Below are positions 1 through 11,224 of a DNA stretch of 34,724 nucleotides, in pieces. The notes under the pieces are model-generated. The model saw only the letters and a list, made by a program, of their open reading frames with translations. It was not told the origin of the DNA and did not search any database. How positions within the stretch are numbered: position 1 is the stretch's first letter; each line of letters starts with the position of its first letter. The DNA comes from Cercozoa sp. M6MM (taxonomy: Eukaryota > Protista > Endomyxa: Ascetosporea). Position numbers and translations under genes: made by a program. The DNA lies in the NCBI GenBank assembly GCA_040357565.1, contig JBDODJ010000119.1. The stretch is one strand, 5' to 3'.

Positions 1-126
1 ATATATATATATATATATATGTATATATGTCTATATATATATAATGTCTAGATGTATGTGTATATATATGTCTATATGTATATGTATATATATACATGTC
101 TACTGTATGTATGCGTGAATGGCAAC

Positions 127-764
127 AGGGCAAGCGTGTCAAGGACGTCACCGAAATCACCGAAACCATCATGCCAACGCTGCTGCGTCAGCTCAACGTA
201 CATGATACCTCTAGTTCTTTCCTCTGTTTACCCCTACCCCCTCCCTCCCTCCCTCCCGTACAGTTGGAAGAGACTGCACGTGCGAATTTGAGCGACGAGA
301 CTGACGCGGCCAACGTCGTCGCCTGCATCTCCGAAAAGGCCAAGTTCCGTGTGGTATACTGCCGTTATGTACTGCCTTCTCACTCACTCCCTTATCTCAA
401 TCTAGGCCGACACGGTGGCCGAGCTGGTCGGCATGCCCATCGCTGAGTGCAGAAAGGTACACACTACGTCGTGCTTCAGTCTCTCCCCCCTGGGCCCCCC
501 CCCCCCTCCGTAGATCCACTTGCAAGTGCACGAACTCGACGACGAATTCGCGCAGTTGCGGTAGGACTGTCCCACATGTCTCTCTGTCCCCTCACTACCT
601 CTACCCTTTGGTGTAGTCTGCCGCACTTCTTGTCGGTCGAGGGCAACATGCGACGTGCCTGCGAGGCGGCCAGTCAGTACACGCCGCTTAAGACCGAAGA
701 CGTCGAGAACACGCAGCCCTTCGTGCGACGAATGCTCGAGCGCAGCGGTTTCTCGCCGCAGTAA
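127..764 (+). CDS. 3' part of an unidentified multi-exon gene (5' end outside window)
   Basis: Five exons join through GT-AG introns into one open frame: GKRVKDVTEITETIMPTLLRQLN|LEETARANLSDE...KFRV|ADTVAELVGMPIAECRK|IHLQVHELDDEFAQLR|LPHFLSVEG...SGFSPQ*, with GC3-rich codons. Family not recognised. Confidence 0.7.
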
Positions 765-950
765 ATCGCACACACAGGGTATCGCACACACCCCGCCTAT
801 TTCAGACTACGCGTAGTTCAGTTTCGTTTGCAGCTTTCGTTTTTCAGCCCATAGTTGGACTCGTTTTTCAGTCCGTATATTGGACGCTTGGCCCAGAGTA
901 AGCGAAACGTTAGTTAGATAACCGAGGCTACCAACTCAACACTGCGCTGC

Positions 951-3488
951 TTAGAGGTCGAGGAAATCGTTGACGTCGTCTGCGCAGATTTGAAAATACA
1001 GCAACCTGCAGAAGAGCAAAAAAGCAAAATAACACACCGAGCTCTCGTTTGCGTGCCATGAGCGTAGCGTGCTGCCGCTCGAGCACCTTGAGGTCGCTCT
1101 CCCAGTGTGGGTGCTGTTCAGCGAGCGAGGACGGTTTGTGGCGTCAAAAAAAAAAAGAGGCTCGTACCAGGACCTGCCGTCCCGGACAGCGTCGACACTC
1201 GCGACCGAACGGCGGCTCCATGATTGTTTTGTCGAGACACTGATGGTGGTACCAGCAGCCGCACTAAGCACGCACACGTCGGAATGAACAGAAACGGGTG
1301 CTAGTCTTCTTTTCTGCATTAATTTCGTACCTGTGTTCGCTGTGGCAGAGTCTTCTTGGTCTTTTTCGACAGGCCCTGTGGTCAGTCAAGTTTAGAGCAC
1401 AGGTAGTCAGTCAAGTCAGAGCGCAGGTAGTGTTTAGAGAAACAGAGAGTACCAGACTCAAAAGCGACGTGAGTTTCTGCGGGTCACGGGGCCACACGCG
1501 TTTGTTGCAGTACACGCACAGTTGCACTGGCACGTGGTGCACCTGGGGACAGTGGGGTGAAGGGAGGCAGGGAGGCAGGGTCTAAGAGGGGTAAAGGAAA
1601 GAACTACCCAGTCACGTGCCACGTAGAGAGCCGTGTGCAGCAGCGACGGCAGCGGTGGTCGCTCTCGCTGACTGTCCAGTCAGGTCAGTCAATCACTTGG
1701 TCCGAATTGGTGCACATACCGGCGGAAGCGTTCCTCGGCGGCGCGGCGAATGCGTTGGGCCTCCTCGGCATCCGCGGCGGCAGCGCGGCCCTGCGCCACG
1801 ATCAAATAGACCAGGTACAAATGGACCAGGTACAAATGGACCAGGTACAATGGACCAGGTACAAATGGACCAGGTACAAATGGACCAGGTACAAACGTAC
1901 CAAGAAACGACGCAGGTGTCGTCGATCGCGCTTGCTTTCGACCTCGTCGCGTTTCTCGGCCACCTGCCGCAGGAACTGCACGTCCTCCTTCCTGCAATGT
2001 GCCCCTTAATAGTAGTACGAGGAGACACCCCCTTAAACAAGTATCAGAAACACCTTTAAATAGTATATCAAGGTACATCTGCAGGAAGCGTTCCTTGGAC
2101 AGCTCGAGTCGCTGCTGCTGCACCTGCTGCCGCAACGCGCTCTGCGACATCGACGCGTAGTTGGCCGACGCTGCAGGGAGGGGTAAACAGGGGGGTAAAT
2201 AGGGGGGTAAATAGGGGGGTAAAATAGGGGGGTAAAATAGGGGGGTAAACAGGGGGATAAACAGGGGGGTAAGCAGGGGGGTAAACAGGGGGGTAAACAG
2301 GCAGGCAAAAAGCTACACGAGGTGGATTCCGAAGGCATGTAACCCTCGGCCAGTTTGTTGGCCACGTGCGTCGCATGTCGCTGCATCACTTGTCTGTCAG
2401 TTATCGGGGGGGGGGTAAACAGGGGGGTAAACAGGGGGGTAAACAGGGGGGTAAACAGGGGGGTAAACAGGGGGGTAAACAGGGGGGTAACACTGTACAA
2501 GACATGCGACGGAAAGTTCGAGCGGCCAATAGTGACAACAACTGGATCCAGCGGGTAATCGCTCGGCACTTGCAGCGTACAATTGGCCTGTGTGTGGTAC
2601 AAATGTCCCGAGCATGTACCGTATATGTAGCCTTAACGAAAATAATTAAAGGTGCGGTACAAAGTAGCGTCCACGGTGTAGTTTGAGTTTCACACTGCCA
2701 CGTCGCTCGTTCACTTTTATTTGGGCAGAGAAACGGTCCGCCTCTGGTCCATCTGGACGCATATGAGCAGACTGGCTACAAAAAATAGTTTCCGTACACT
2801 TGTACCTTCAGTGGACATTTCAGTGAGATCGTGGCGCAGCTGCTGCAGCTCCTCCCAGGCGGCACTGAGTGGCTACACTCATATAAAAATAGTACATATA
2901 GATATTATATATATCTATATATATATATTTATATATATAAATGGATATATGACTGATAGCACATTCTTGCACACGAACGAGTGCAGCAACTGCGCGGCAG
3001 CAAAGGGTGTTTTGTTCACGCACTCTGCACACAGACACATGAGGTATGTCACTAGTCCAGTAGTCCTACCACAGGTTACCTGCCTGCAGTCGCTCCACCA
3101 GGGCAGTGCAGAACACATGCGACTGCACACACAGGTGGACTGTCCAGACAGACAGACACAGACACAGACAGACAGAGAGAGTACTGTGACATCGAATCGC
3201 AGGTGTGGAATCGTCGAAATGCCGAGCTGCAGCGATCGCGACGGTGTGGCACTCACGCGCACCTTCAGACTGAAGAAGCACATGCTCACATCAGTCAGGC
3301 TCAGCTTGGCGACTTACCTGTCGCTGTGCCGTGCGATCAGTGCATCATCGCCCAGTAGTTCACTGCGACAGCACAGGCACCTCATCTTCCACTACAACCA
3401 CGTGCGCATTCTGACAGGCCTACATGATCGCATCGAATTCCTCATTCAAATCTAACTTGGCTTCTGCCGCGTGCTCGTTACGCGACAT
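951..3488 (-). CDS. Conserved hypothetical protein with RWD-like region and C-terminal RING-like zinc finger (putative E3 ligase)
   Basis: Spliced model MSRNEHAAEAKLDLNEEFDAII...NPLSAAWEELQQLR...CTLQVPSDYPLDPVVVTI (RWD-type YP motif)...CVYCNKRVWP...CGCWYHHQCLDKTIMEPPFGRECRRC...RELDDVNDFLDL*. Some middle exon boundaries are uncertain. Confidence 0.7.
1805..1897. repeat. Intronic ~15-bp tandem repeat (ATGGACCAGGTACAA) x~6
   Basis: Directly visible; lies in an intron of the minus-strand RING-like gene. Confidence 0.9.
2179..2490. repeat. Two intronic arrays of a 12-bp minisatellite GGGGGGTAAACA (2179-2300 and 2406-2490)
   Basis: Directly visible; the reverse complement recurs at 34364-34475. 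Confidence 0.9.
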
Positions 3489-3640
3489 TCTCTGTGGGCA
3501 CCGCAGTGGGTTTCCTAATACACTGTAGTGCGCAGATTTTGCGGCTAAACTCTGGCTGCCAAATATTAAATAAACTACACGATCAGGCCGATACAGTATG
3601 CTTAATTGAGTAGCGCATGCGTGTGTGACTGCTATTTAGT

Positions 3641-4582
3641 ATGGAATTTGCGTGTCGTCTTGCTCTGTGCTGGTAGGTGTGCCAATCACGACGCGTATGT
3701 ATTCGTGCAGCACCAAAATACAAGAAATATCTAGGCTGTTGTGCGAGGCGCCAGAGCTGCGCGAGTTCGTTCTGAAGCGCGCTGCACTTGTCGACAAGTT
3801 TCGATGTACCCCCCCCCTAAAGTCCTGTTTACTGGGGTTGGAGGATTGCTCAATAACTTTTTGCAATCAGGTGCTGTGCCTTTCGTTGACCTGCTGAACG
3901 ATCTCGCGAGATGCAACGTCACAGTTGGTGCTTCATGTCGTTATTAGTGCTCACTTGTGTCGTTTTACTTGCTGCTTTCAGGCGAGCAGCATATCGCGAG
4001 TGTTCTCAAAGCCAACATGCTGTAAAGCCCAATCAGCCGCTATTGTGTGAGTTGAGAATGATGTGCGAGTTGTTTGTTCTGCCAGGGCAGTGAAGGAAGT
4101 GACGGAATTGTGCACACTTGCGAAAGGTAAGTTGGCCATAATTGCGCCTTTTTCTTCGGACAAAAGCGTTTGTTTTGCTTTCAGTTTTCGCGAGCAAGTC
4201 GGATCAACTCGAACTCGAACTCGACGAGGAGGATAACGCTGAGGATGACTTGGTGCGCATCTCGATCTACCAGTCACTTGTTTGCTCACCCGTTCACGTG
4301 TGTGTGCAGGGCAAGGCATTGTTGCAAGAGACAAGATTCACAGTGCTCGAAGCGAGTTTTGACGAACTGACAGCTCTGTGCGAGCAGTGCACGTGCTACT
4401 TTGGCAGTCACGCCGACGACTCGTGGCACAACAGGTACCGCACCCTGCGTGTGTTCAGTCAGGCAGCTTTGTAATTCACGATAAACTCAGTGCACTCACC
4501 GACGCGATTCGCGGCGGCAATTCTCTGTTTTTCACGCGTTTTGCCGATGTTTTGCGCTGCCACGAGTTGGCGCAAGAGGTAC

Positions 4583-4633
<51 letters not shown>

Positions 4634-6164
4634 CACACACTTGCACATACACACACACATGCACACACAAACATGCTGGTCTGCAGGTGGCCCCGCAGGT
4701 GCTGCAGTTGTGCCAACTGGCAGAGCAGACGAGTCGCGATGTCAGCACGCTGGCGGCGCTGCAGGTGCTGCGTGCCGAGGCCTGCGTTGCATTGAGGGAC
4801 CTCACTGGTGCCGAACGGAGTCTTCGACGTAAACTCGAATACGGAGAGGTCTTACTGAATATAAAATACTATGTATGCATATTATAGACATATAATAAGA
4901 TAGATTTAAGATATATGTATATATAATAATTTATATATATATGTATGTGTGTGTATTGTACGCAGGACGCCTGCGGTGACGTGTTGCGACTAGCGCGTCT
5001 GTTCTTTCGCTTCGGGTGCTATCGACTGGCTTTGCTAGTACCCTCCGACCTGCTGTGCAACTTGCTATGCCTGGGAGGGTCACGTTCTGTGTGTTGCACA
5101 CAGCACGCGAGTGAGGCGCAGTCTCTCGCTCAGCGCAGCGGCGACGACAACGGCACGCGACGAACGCTGCTGCTGCTGGCTGAGGTGTGTTGTTGTTTGT
5201 TGTTGTTGTTGTTGTTGTTGTTGCACAGTAGCCTTGCTTCTTCTGCTGTGTGGTCGGATTGGTTTCTTGTGTGCACAGCTGGCGGCAGAGACGAAGTTTC
5301 ACGACGAGGAACGGTAGCTTTTGCTCTCTCTCTCTCTCTATATATATATCTATATATATACAGATATATATATATATCTATATATATCTATATATGTATC
5401 TTTGTCTGTGTGTGTGTATGTGCTTGTGGTCGTTTAAGCAGACGGATACTGCTGCGTGCGGTGCGAACTCACGCCAAGCAGGACGAAGAATTGTGGGTGC
5501 GTGACCCCATCCTGGTTGAATCAAATCCAACGATGCTTTCTCTGAGCAGAGACTGACGGAACAGCACCTCCGTCGCAGTGCTGAACGTTGCGAATGCGAT
5601 GCTACTGTTCTCTTTCTCTCGTTTTTCCTTTTCTTTCTCTTTCATTCTTCTCTTTCATTCTCTTTCTTTTTTTTTTTGTTTTCGTTCTTCGCTTTCATTT
5701 TTCTCTTTCTTTTCTTGCCTTTATCTCTTTCATTCCTCTCTTTCATTCCTCTCTTTCATTCCTCTCTTTCTTTCCTTTCATTCTTCTTGCCTTTATCTCT
5801 TTTGTTCCTCTATATTGTTCCTCTCTTTTGTTCCTTTCTCTCCTCTCTCCTCTCTTCCCTTTCTTCCTCACGTCAAATCTTCTGTCTGATGGGTGCGCAG
5901 AAGGAAGCTCTGCTCGCCCGTGCCGACAAGGTGAAAGCACGCTTGCTCAGCTGGTATTACATTCTACCTCTCGCTCCTTCCTTTCGAGTCAAATGACTGT
6001 GCCCGTGCACAACTCAATGTTGCAGTCGGCGCGAAACGCCAGATTGGGCCAGTGACACTGCTCATGCACTCGTGTGTCGCTGGATACGCCAGGTGCACGC
6101 TCGCACTCAAGCCGAGCGCGCTCAGCAGCTCTGCGATACCTGGCACCGTGCTGACTTAGACTAA
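3641..6164 (+). CDS. Divergent anaphase-promoting complex subunit 5-like (TPR-like) protein
   Basis: About 14 exons splice in frame to TAA at 6162-6164. The segment LRLARLFFRFGCYRLALLHASEAQSLAQRSGDDNGTRRTLLLL resembles the Apc5 domain (LAxLHxxFGHxxxAxxALxEAIxxAQExxD). Start codon uncertain. Confidence 0.55.
5606..5880 (+). repeat. Polypyrimidine (CT/TTTC-rich) expansion in an intron of the APC5-like gene
   Basis: Nearly pure C/T tract between donor GTTCTC and acceptor GCGCAG. Confidence 0.85.
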
Positions 6165-6423
6165 GCGCCGCCCAGTTCCAACACGGGAGGGTTCCACCAA
6201 TTGTTTGGATTCATTTGCACTTCATCGAAGTTCAAAATCCTGCCATACTCTAACGATGCCACTCGCTAAGGCACGGCGGGACTTTACTGAAATTCTAAGG
6301 ACTTTGTTGGAAAAACAAGTCGGACGTCATCGATCCGTCGCGTTTCGCGTTTCTCGTCGGACTTTGAGCGGAGCTAAGGTCGGTTTTTGGAGGTTATCGC
6401 CAGTGTAGCGGTGCGATTGCGGC

Positions 6424-8046
6424 ATGGACAGTGCGGGACTTGCGTCGCTAACGCGGCTGGTACGGCCTAGTTCGGGTGATGCGTTTTTCGAGCGAGTCGA
6501 TAGAATCGTCATCGCCGAGGCGAAAAAAGACTGGCTGGAGTCGTTTTCGTACCTTGGATATACGAGTACACACAGTGCGGACTGTACACGTACCTCTTGT
6601 ACTGTAACGGTGCAGCAGAAGCGAGTTTCCACTCCCGCGATTACAGGATCTATACATCTTGGTGCCAGCGGCACTTTGCTGTTGGTCTCTTTTACGCGTG
6701 GTCAGCACACGCGCCTGGTCCAAGTGGGCAAGTTTGAGTCCTCGTGTTCCCATGTATAGTATCTTTTCTCTTTTGTGCAGTACCCGAAGCGACCGCCAAA
6801 AGGAGGGATATCGGTAAGTTACACATCAGACGAACACTGTCAGTTTTACAGAAAATCCATGTCTTTGATTTTATTTTGTTCAGGTGTTTCGCTGCCTGGC
6901 CTACGGATCCATGTGGCTGTGGAACCTGTCGCTTATCTCGCATGGTACCGGACTTGAATAGGTGCTTGCTATTTAAAAACAAAAGAGGCGGTGTAGACTT
7001 GTCGGGATGGGAAAGGAGCAAAGACATGTGGGAGCAGTGGCCACTGCACCCACTCCAAGTGTCGGCGCGCCTGTTCTTGTTAACACAGATCGCACTGAAT
7101 CTGCACCTGCTGACCTGCCACTTCTTTGTCGACGGTTGGTCTGTCCCTGCTGTTTGGTGTGTGTACCGATACCCTACCGGTAGTACCCTGTGTGTGGGGC
7201 AGAGCCAGCGAGCGATAGAATAGCAATGAGTCTGCACCACTTTGTGACGTGTGCGTTACTCATTGGTACTGTTTTTTGAACACAGAAACATTGTGTAAGT
7301 ACAACTTGTACGATGTAGGTGCCTTCGCGTGCAACCTGACGCGAGTGTCGATCCTCGTGCTGTTCTGCCACGACCTGTGCGACGTGTTTCTGTAAAAAAA
7401 AAACAAGAGCACCTCGCAGGGCACCTCACTTTGAGGCCTTTGTGCAACTAAGCCAAGCCCTTGATTGCTGCAGAGAGGCAGCAAAGACAGCGAGGTACGC
7501 AGGCAGACAGGCAGTGGCGAATGCTTTGTTTGTGACCTTTGCCGTGTCGTGGTTCCTGCTGCGTATCTTGTTCCTGCCCTACAAGGTAAAACACAGCGCA
7601 CTGCAGAGGCCAGTGTCTACGGCACTAACTTGTATCTGCACCTGTACGTGTACTACACAGGTGATTTACTCAACACTGTTCGAGTCGAGGGAGGTTGTTG
7701 ACGACGAAGCTGAGCACGGTGAGTACTGTTTGTGCACAGGTTGCTTGCAGGTGGTTTGATGCTCATTCACACATGACGCACAGAAGGACAGAGTTTGCAC
7801 ACACCGACCTGGATGGCATTCAACGCATGCTTGCTGACGCTGTACTCGCTGCACCTCTACTGGTTCTCGCTGGTACATCACCTATATACAGTACACACTC
7901 CCCCCTAAATTTCGGATGGTCAGCTTTCTTCGCTGTTTGGTCTGCAGATTGTACTTGCAGCGCTGCGTGCTAACGCCACCGGTGCCGTCGAGGACGTACG
8001 CGAGAGACTCCAAGACACTGACAGTCCGCCGAGAAAACTGGATTAG
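6424..8046 (+). CDS. LAG1: Ceramide synthase (LAG1/LASS, TLC domain)
   Basis: Spliced Lag1p motif SDRIAMSLHHFVTCALLIGAFACNLTRVSILVLFCHDLCDVFLEAAK, plus MWEQWP, LHLYWFSLIV and EDVRE near the C-terminus. Requires one GC-AG intron (6728-6780). Confidence 0.9.
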
Positions 8047-8077
8047 CTGTGCAACTTAACTATCATTTGAGTTTCAA

Positions 8078-8207
8078 CTAGCAAAGAAGATGCAGTCCCT
8101 CTAGAACGAGCTTAACAATGAACTGGATTAGCAAAGAAATAGAAAAACAACGAGCAGTCCCTAGCAATCCCTTTAGAAAAAGCAGTCCCTTAGAACGAGC
8201 AGTCCTT
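8078..8207. repeat. Degenerate tandem repeat (~TAGAACGAGCAGTCCCT) just downstream of the ceramide synthase stop
   Basis: GCAGTCC occurs four times; TAGAACGAGC occurs twice. Confidence 0.6.
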
Positions 8208-8736
8208 TAAGGTTCTGTGGGTAGTCCACAATACTGTTTTGTTCGGTTTGCCCGAAAAAAACATGCTTTCGAAAACTCATGATCCGCACTCGGCGATCGA
8301 CAATAGTGTGTCATTCTCCGGTTTCCCGCTTTTCCGCGTCTGTAGTCCACGCCACGAGTCCGTGTCTCAATCTAATCCTAGCGCTCTACAGCCGTTTTCC
8401 ACTAGTGATCGTTGATACGCCAGTAGTCGTTGGGCGCTTTGAGGCTTTAAAAGGTGCTAAATAGGCGCAGCCGTGTGCTGAGGCAAGTGTTACTAGTTGA
8501 AACAGGTAGGTGGCGTTTCTCGTGCGGCAGAATCTGATGTTGAATTTGTGTTGACGTGTGTTGTTCAGAGTGGTAGCAGCACCGATCCTGTCTCAAGTCG
8601 GAACCGAGAATGGCAGCAAGGCAGGTGGATTCGCACGCCTTGTGTGTTGACATTGAGAGTGCCGCGCAGTTGCAGGTATTCTTCCTGTGGGATGGGACAA
8701 ATACGAAAAAGCCAAATTAAGCCAAAAGCGGACACA

Positions 8737-9270
8737 ATGTTTCTGCAGGAACGCAATCCGAACGTGTTCTGCGTGATCTCGCGGTCCAAGAACGCGAATT
8801 TGGTGGTCTACGAGGCAAATATTGGACCGGACGGCGAGCTCGTACGTGATGAGCCGGTACTGGTGTACTGGCTCAAGATCGAGCCGTCCTACCGGCAGGC
8901 CAACCGGCGGAAAGGCAAGTCCGATGACCGGCAGGAGCTCAGTGTGCTGGAGTGGCGTATGGCCTACGGCATCAGTCACCAGTGGCACCACGACGCCTGC
9001 GAGATCTCCTTCGTCGCTCTGCCCGAACGAAAGTACGCTCTCACCTGGGGGTTGGTACAATGAGAGGCTAAAATCTGCAGGTGCATGCTGCGCATCGTGG
9101 AGGGCCGACCGCGTGCCGTGTCGCTCGCCGATGACACGGCCTTCATGACGCAGATCTACGTGCAGGCCAAGGAACGCATGTTCGGCCTGTTGCCCAAGGT
9201 CGAGTATGTCGACATCACCTGGACCTCGTCGCTTGACTCATCGCAGCGCCTCGAGCGACTCCAGAAGTGA
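8737..9270 (+). CDS. DUF4833 domain protein (one intron)
   Basis: FCVISRSKNANLVVYEAN...EPVLVYW...RQELSVLEWRMAYG...FVALPERK|CMLRIVEGRPRAV...QIYVQAKE...LPKVEYVDI matches my recollection of the DUF4833 consensus (RSKNxNxVxY, VYW, AYG, PKVEYV). Confidence 0.8.
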
Positions 9271-9536
9271 CATATCAATGAAACCAACTCGGACAGTTCC
9301 CGTGCACCAGTCTAGGACAACTGAAACCACTGTTCATTTTTATTTTATTTTCGTTTGGACCGACGCGAGCTCTAACCGGCAGATGCACAACGCAGAGCTA
9401 AGAAAAGTTATAGGGCAATCTCGTGGATTTAGAACATTCCTCAATATTGTGGAAGGAGTATTATAAATAACTGATCAAGTAGCCGTCCGAGTCGGTACGA
9501 TCAGGTCGGGGCTCACTTCGGGTAAGGGAGGCCACC

Positions 9537-10618
9537 TTAGCCACAGCACGACGTGTCCTCCGACCCAGAGGTTTTCTGATCGGCCAAATCATTCGCCGTG
9601 ATTCGACCGTCGCTCTTGTTGCTCTGGGCGGAGGGGGATCAGAAGGGTATAAGGGATAGGGTAAATGGGTAAAGAAGGTGAAGGGGGGCAAGAGGAGGGT
9701 AAAGAGTAGGCTAAAACTACCATCTCGGCAGCGCCGGCCGACTCGAGTCGATCGCGCTCTTCGGCGATTTTCGCGATGAGAAAGTGGAAGCACGCCTTGA
9801 CATTGTCGCCAGTCTTGGCCGACGTGGCGAACCTGTACAGTTCATATGTACGGTCCATATGTACGGTCCATATGTACCATCCATATAGGCACTGTCCATC
9901 TGTACCATCCAGCAAAGCCGTGCTCCTGGATGAAGGCGTCCAACTCGTCCTTGCCGGGCGCGTCCGTGATGTGTCCGTCCACCACGAGGTCGTATTTGTT
10001 GGCCACCAGCACCACCGGAATCGTCGTATTGTCTGCGTTTCTCACCTGAGGGGATAGGGGCGTCAAGGGAGTACAGGGGGAGAATAATAAAGAACACCTT
10101 CTCATCGACATCGCGCTTCCACATCACGGCAGACTCGAGTGATTTCTTCGATGACACTGTGTGCCCAGGGAGTCAAGGATGCTATAGAGGGCATTAAGGA
10201 GCGAAAGAGGAGTAAAGCTACCGTCAAAGCACACGATAGCGGCACACGCGTTCTGGTAGTAGGCACGCGCCATGGAGATGAACCTCTCCTGGCCGGCAAT
10301 GTCCCACAACTGTATGTGCATCGGCCGATTCTGCACCTTGACCTTCTTGAGCGAGTAGTCCACGCCCAGCGTTGTCTGATGCAGATCGCTGAAGCTCTTG
10401 TACACATAACGCCGGATCAGCGAGGTCTTGCCCGTGCACTGATCGCCTGCACACCAACACACAGTCACGCATAGCGTTTCTTCTGCACACACTGAAGCGT
10501 TTCTCCAGGTCAAACGCACCAATCACGAGCACCTGCACATACGTGTCGATATGACAAAGGATAACACGCTCACACACTCAATACACAAAGCTTGCACCAC
10601 CTTGGCAAATGTGGCCAT
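9537..10618 (-). CDS. RAB32: Rab GTPase, Rab32/38-like
   Basis: KVLVIGDQCTGKTS (P-loop), TTLGVDYSLK, WDIAGQERF (the WDIAGQE form is typical of Rab32/38/29), ANKYD, TSAKTG, C-terminal SCCG* prenylation motif. The N-terminus may extend further upstream. Confidence 0.85.
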
Positions 10619-11224
10619 GTTGTCCAAATCCAGGCCGCTCGCTGATGAGAAATATTCAGCACACACAGCTTGTCGATGGGTCACTATGTGCACTGGGTCT
10701 GCCTTTTGCGTCTGCAGGCTGTAGATGACACTAGATGCGCTCTGAGGCGCTCTTCGCTTTTCCTGTGGACCGGCTCAGTATTGAGCCGCAGCGCGCAGCT
10801 CTTTTCGCACTCTGCTTGCCCAAAACGGGGAAGAGTCTTTCGATCAGAAAATTCGCACCGATCACGGATCACTGCGTTTGTCGCCAGCGCGCCTGTAGTG
10901 CCAAATACTTGTATTAACTCGTGTATTATTGCGAACGAAAGCGGTACGTTCGTTCCCGGTGGTATCAGTACTTAGCACCTGCACATACTTTTTTACAATG
11001 TACTGTCGCTTGTAGTTCAGGAAATGTTGTCGCCCAGGTCGTCGGCCAACAAGGTACCATCGAGGTCCTGAACCCGGTGAAGGGACGAGCAGGAAGAGTG
11101 GCTGGAACTAAAACTAGACGATGGGTCGTTGCCAATAGCTGTCGATGATCTTCAATTTATGAAGACTTCGTTCCTGCACACTGGACGCAATAAGGCACTA
11201 AACTGGGTCAATTTTCGCTTCTAA

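Noticed and set aside
1805-2490. Regular short repeats resembling a CRISPR array
   Set aside because: Head-to-tail units without unique spacers, inside spliceosomal introns, no cas genes.
3523-3579. ACTACA/TGTAGT motif recurring in promoters (also 8340, 10893, 11011)
   Set aside because: Count is close to chance for a hexamer; cannot be supported without a genome-wide test.
6844-6883. Alternative CerS model with an RFTEN mini-exon and a 27-nt non-GT intron
   Set aside because: It needs a CC-AG intron far shorter than others here; the GC-AG model explains the frame more simply.
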